From Macrostomum lignano (Eukaryota): a stretch of DNA of 47,572 nucleotides. A model generated the notes under the pieces. The model was given only the letters and a program-made list of their open reading frames with translations. It had not been told where the DNA came from and made no database searches. The stretch is from contig NIVC01000865.1 in NCBI GenBank assembly GCA_002269645.1, positions 1 through 47,572 on the forward strand, written 5' to 3'. Below are positions 45,358 to 47,572 of the stretch, piece by piece (position 1 is the stretch's first letter; each line of letters begins with the position of its first letter). A program made the translations under genes and the position numbers.

Positions 45358-46697
45358 TAGAGATTCGAAAAGAGATGCTTATGGCGATCGATCGAAAAGG
45401 CTCAGCTTCGGTGCAAGACTTCTGGTGCCCCATCCGGCTGCTGATCGAGTGGTCCATACGCCGTATCCCGCTGACCTTTGTGCCCATCATGTCAGCGAAG
45501 GCTGGCTGCAAGCTGTTCTGGAAGCAGACGGCTTACTGAAACTCGTTGGCAGGACCGTCGCCAAAGTGCCGCAAAAAGATTCTCGCAATCAAAGATACCG
45601 AAGATGATCTAGACAAGAAGGAAATCGAAAGAGAAAAAAAATGAACTAAAATATTGTGGGGCCTCCGCGATATAGACTAAAATATTTTCGCTCGTGTGCT
45701 GCGGCAGGACTCACTCCTCTGGCCGTTTCTGTCTGCTGTTATCTCTGCCTCCTCTCGGCTGTTTTTTTTCCTTTATCTGTTGGTAATCCTTTTTAATTCG
45801 AGTTCGTCTGATATTTTGTTCTGATCAATGACTTTATTTGTTCTATTCCTTTTGCTGTAAAAGATTGAATTGAGCCCTTGATTCCTTCTGTTGTTTCCTC
45901 ATTGGCCCTGCTCTGGTTTCCATCTATGCTCAGCTATTTCATGGTCCCTCCGTTTGAATAGTTTTGTTTTACTTAAGTTTCTCGGCTAAACGTAGCTCGT
46001 ACACTAAACAAGATTCAGATAATTAACGGCTAGTAACTTTCAAAAGTAACCGAATAGCAGTAGCATCGTTTGCGTGTTGGCGTTGTCATTATCGTTGTTT
46101 TAGAGCTACTTAATATGTTTCTAAGAAAATAAGTTGTACTTTGTATAAAAACAAAGAAACCATTGTCAATGCTACGCTCGTATTGATTATTGTTTGCAAG
46201 TTTTAACTTTTGCGGTTTGTAATCGTTACTTGTGATTGTTTTTTACAAATTTACACATAAAATAATTGGAAACTGTTCGTTAAAAAACAGTGTATAAAAA
46301 TAAAGCAAGTTCTTATTGCAGTCGTGAGTCCTTGCGGTCTAGGCTACTGGTTTATTTATGATCTGTCTTAGTGGACTAACACTGGTTTTAATTGGTTTTA
46401 ATACAAACAAGCATGTAATAGGTTGCTAATATTAACCCCATAGGTGCAGAATCTAGGAGTCCATGTCTGAATAAAAACAGCCCCTGACTAACGAACTTGA
46501 TAGATCCAGCCTGCGAGGCACACATAAATTGTTTTCTTCATTTGGAGCCAGACTCTAGAAATATATTATGGTCTAGATGTAGCTTATACGTTAAATAACT
46601 GTAAATTTATCGCGGCCCAAGACTGCCAAAACGATTGGCCTACAAATGAAAAACTCAACAGAGACTGAACTAAAGCCTCTATTGTACTCACACCGAC

Positions 46698-46717
46698 GGT
46701 ATTTCCACGGAATTGCC
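46698..46717 (-). promoter_or_regulatory. Tandem Rel/kB-like motif (revcomp GGCAATTCC-GT-GGAAATACC)
   Basis: 146 bp upstream of the copy E ATG; TATAAAA at about 46753. Confidence 0.55.
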
Positions 46718-46862
46718 TTTAAGAAGAACACTGGCCAAGAGAACCTGTGTGTATAAAACGATCCAGTAGAGATGCTCACAGTGCTTGTGTAAAAAAGGAA
46801 CTTCCAAGCAGTCTCTGCAAAGCTCATTTATCGGAAGGGCCATTCCATCCTTTGTAGCAGAA

Positions 46863-47153
46863 ATGTGCGTCGGATTCACCAACGGCTATCAGGACTTCCC
46901 GGCTAGCGACACCGACCCCGCCTTGGCCACCATGGTCCCCGGCTCCTGCGTCAGCTTTGACCGAATATCGCTGTTTCATTTTGCCATCTTCCTGGGCTGG
47001 GGCTGGCCGGAAGGCAGCGCCGAGTCCCGGCCACATGGTCTGCCACTTCTCAGTCGGGTCCACGTCTGGGTCTGAAGCGGCTTCCGTTCGATTGGACGAC
47101 TTGCGGGAGGTTGTGCAGGTGAATATGCTATCTATCCATCTATCTATCTATCC

Positions 47154-47207
<54 letters not shown>

Positions 47208-47232
47208 TATCTAATCTATCTATCTATCTATC

Positions 47233-47274
<42 letters not shown>

Positions 47275-47572
47275 GAATTTTAAGGGCTCCACAGTCCGCG
47301 TGTATCGCTGCACCTGCAGCACAACGACTCGAGCTCGGGTCGTGTCGGACTGCTGCAGCGGGTCGGTGAGTCCGGCTACAGCGCCCTCACTAACAACTGC
47401 GAGCACTTCGTTCGCGGATCATCACAGGCGAGAATGTCAGCTACCAGGCCTTCTGGACGGTGGCGATGCCAGTTGTGCAGCTGCCCCCGTCTGCTAATGG
47501 GAGGCCGCTAAACGGAACCGCATCATCGATTTCTTCCGTCAGCAGTCGATGCGGATCGGGAAATCTGTCTGG
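46863..47572 (+). CDS. LRAT/PLAAT-family protein (copy E) with an extra intron and several frameshifts; runs off window end
   Basis: MCVGFTNGY..HFAIFLG..VCHFS..VRLDDLREVVQ | intron 47119-47284 | GSTVRVYRCTCS..NNCEHFVR. Confidence 0.7.
47129..47274 (+). repeat. (TCTA)n microsatellite filling the intron of LRAT copy E
   Basis: Near-pure TCTA run between gtgaat and ttttaag. Confidence 0.95.

Overview
Eukaryotic (animal) genomic DNA with short GT-AG introns of about 70-110 bp and dense transposon debris. It is reminiscent of flatworm (Macrostomum-like) assemblies, but the taxon is an inference. Host genes: (1) a 9-exon, 993-aa CLCA-like gene (-) whose HExxH protease motif is destroyed; (2) a 2-exon, ~1534-aa secreted MACPF pore-former-like gene with Cys-rich repeats and a C-terminal F5/8C/fucolectin-like domain; (3) five LRAT/PLAAT (H-box/NCEHF) genes. 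In the LRAT cluster, a phase-2 intron removes the apparent stop codon. This joins the LRAT domain to a UBR-box-like Zn finger in two copies and to a finger-less linker exon in a third. Three copies carry a conserved 20-bp tandem Rel/kB-like motif 110-146 bp upstream of the ATG. A fifth copy is a multi-Zn-ribbon-LRAT fusion. Mobile DNA: a Polinton/Maverick (adintovirus-like) virion module ending in a ~700-bp fold-back palindrome, a remnant of a second Polinton, LINE RT and APE fragments, a tyrosine-recombinase retroelement, a Helitron, Tc1, MITE-like hairpins and several tandem arrays. Single-base frameshifts at 26-33 kb and 44-47.5 kb may be assembly errors. All family calls come from motif recognition, not database searches.
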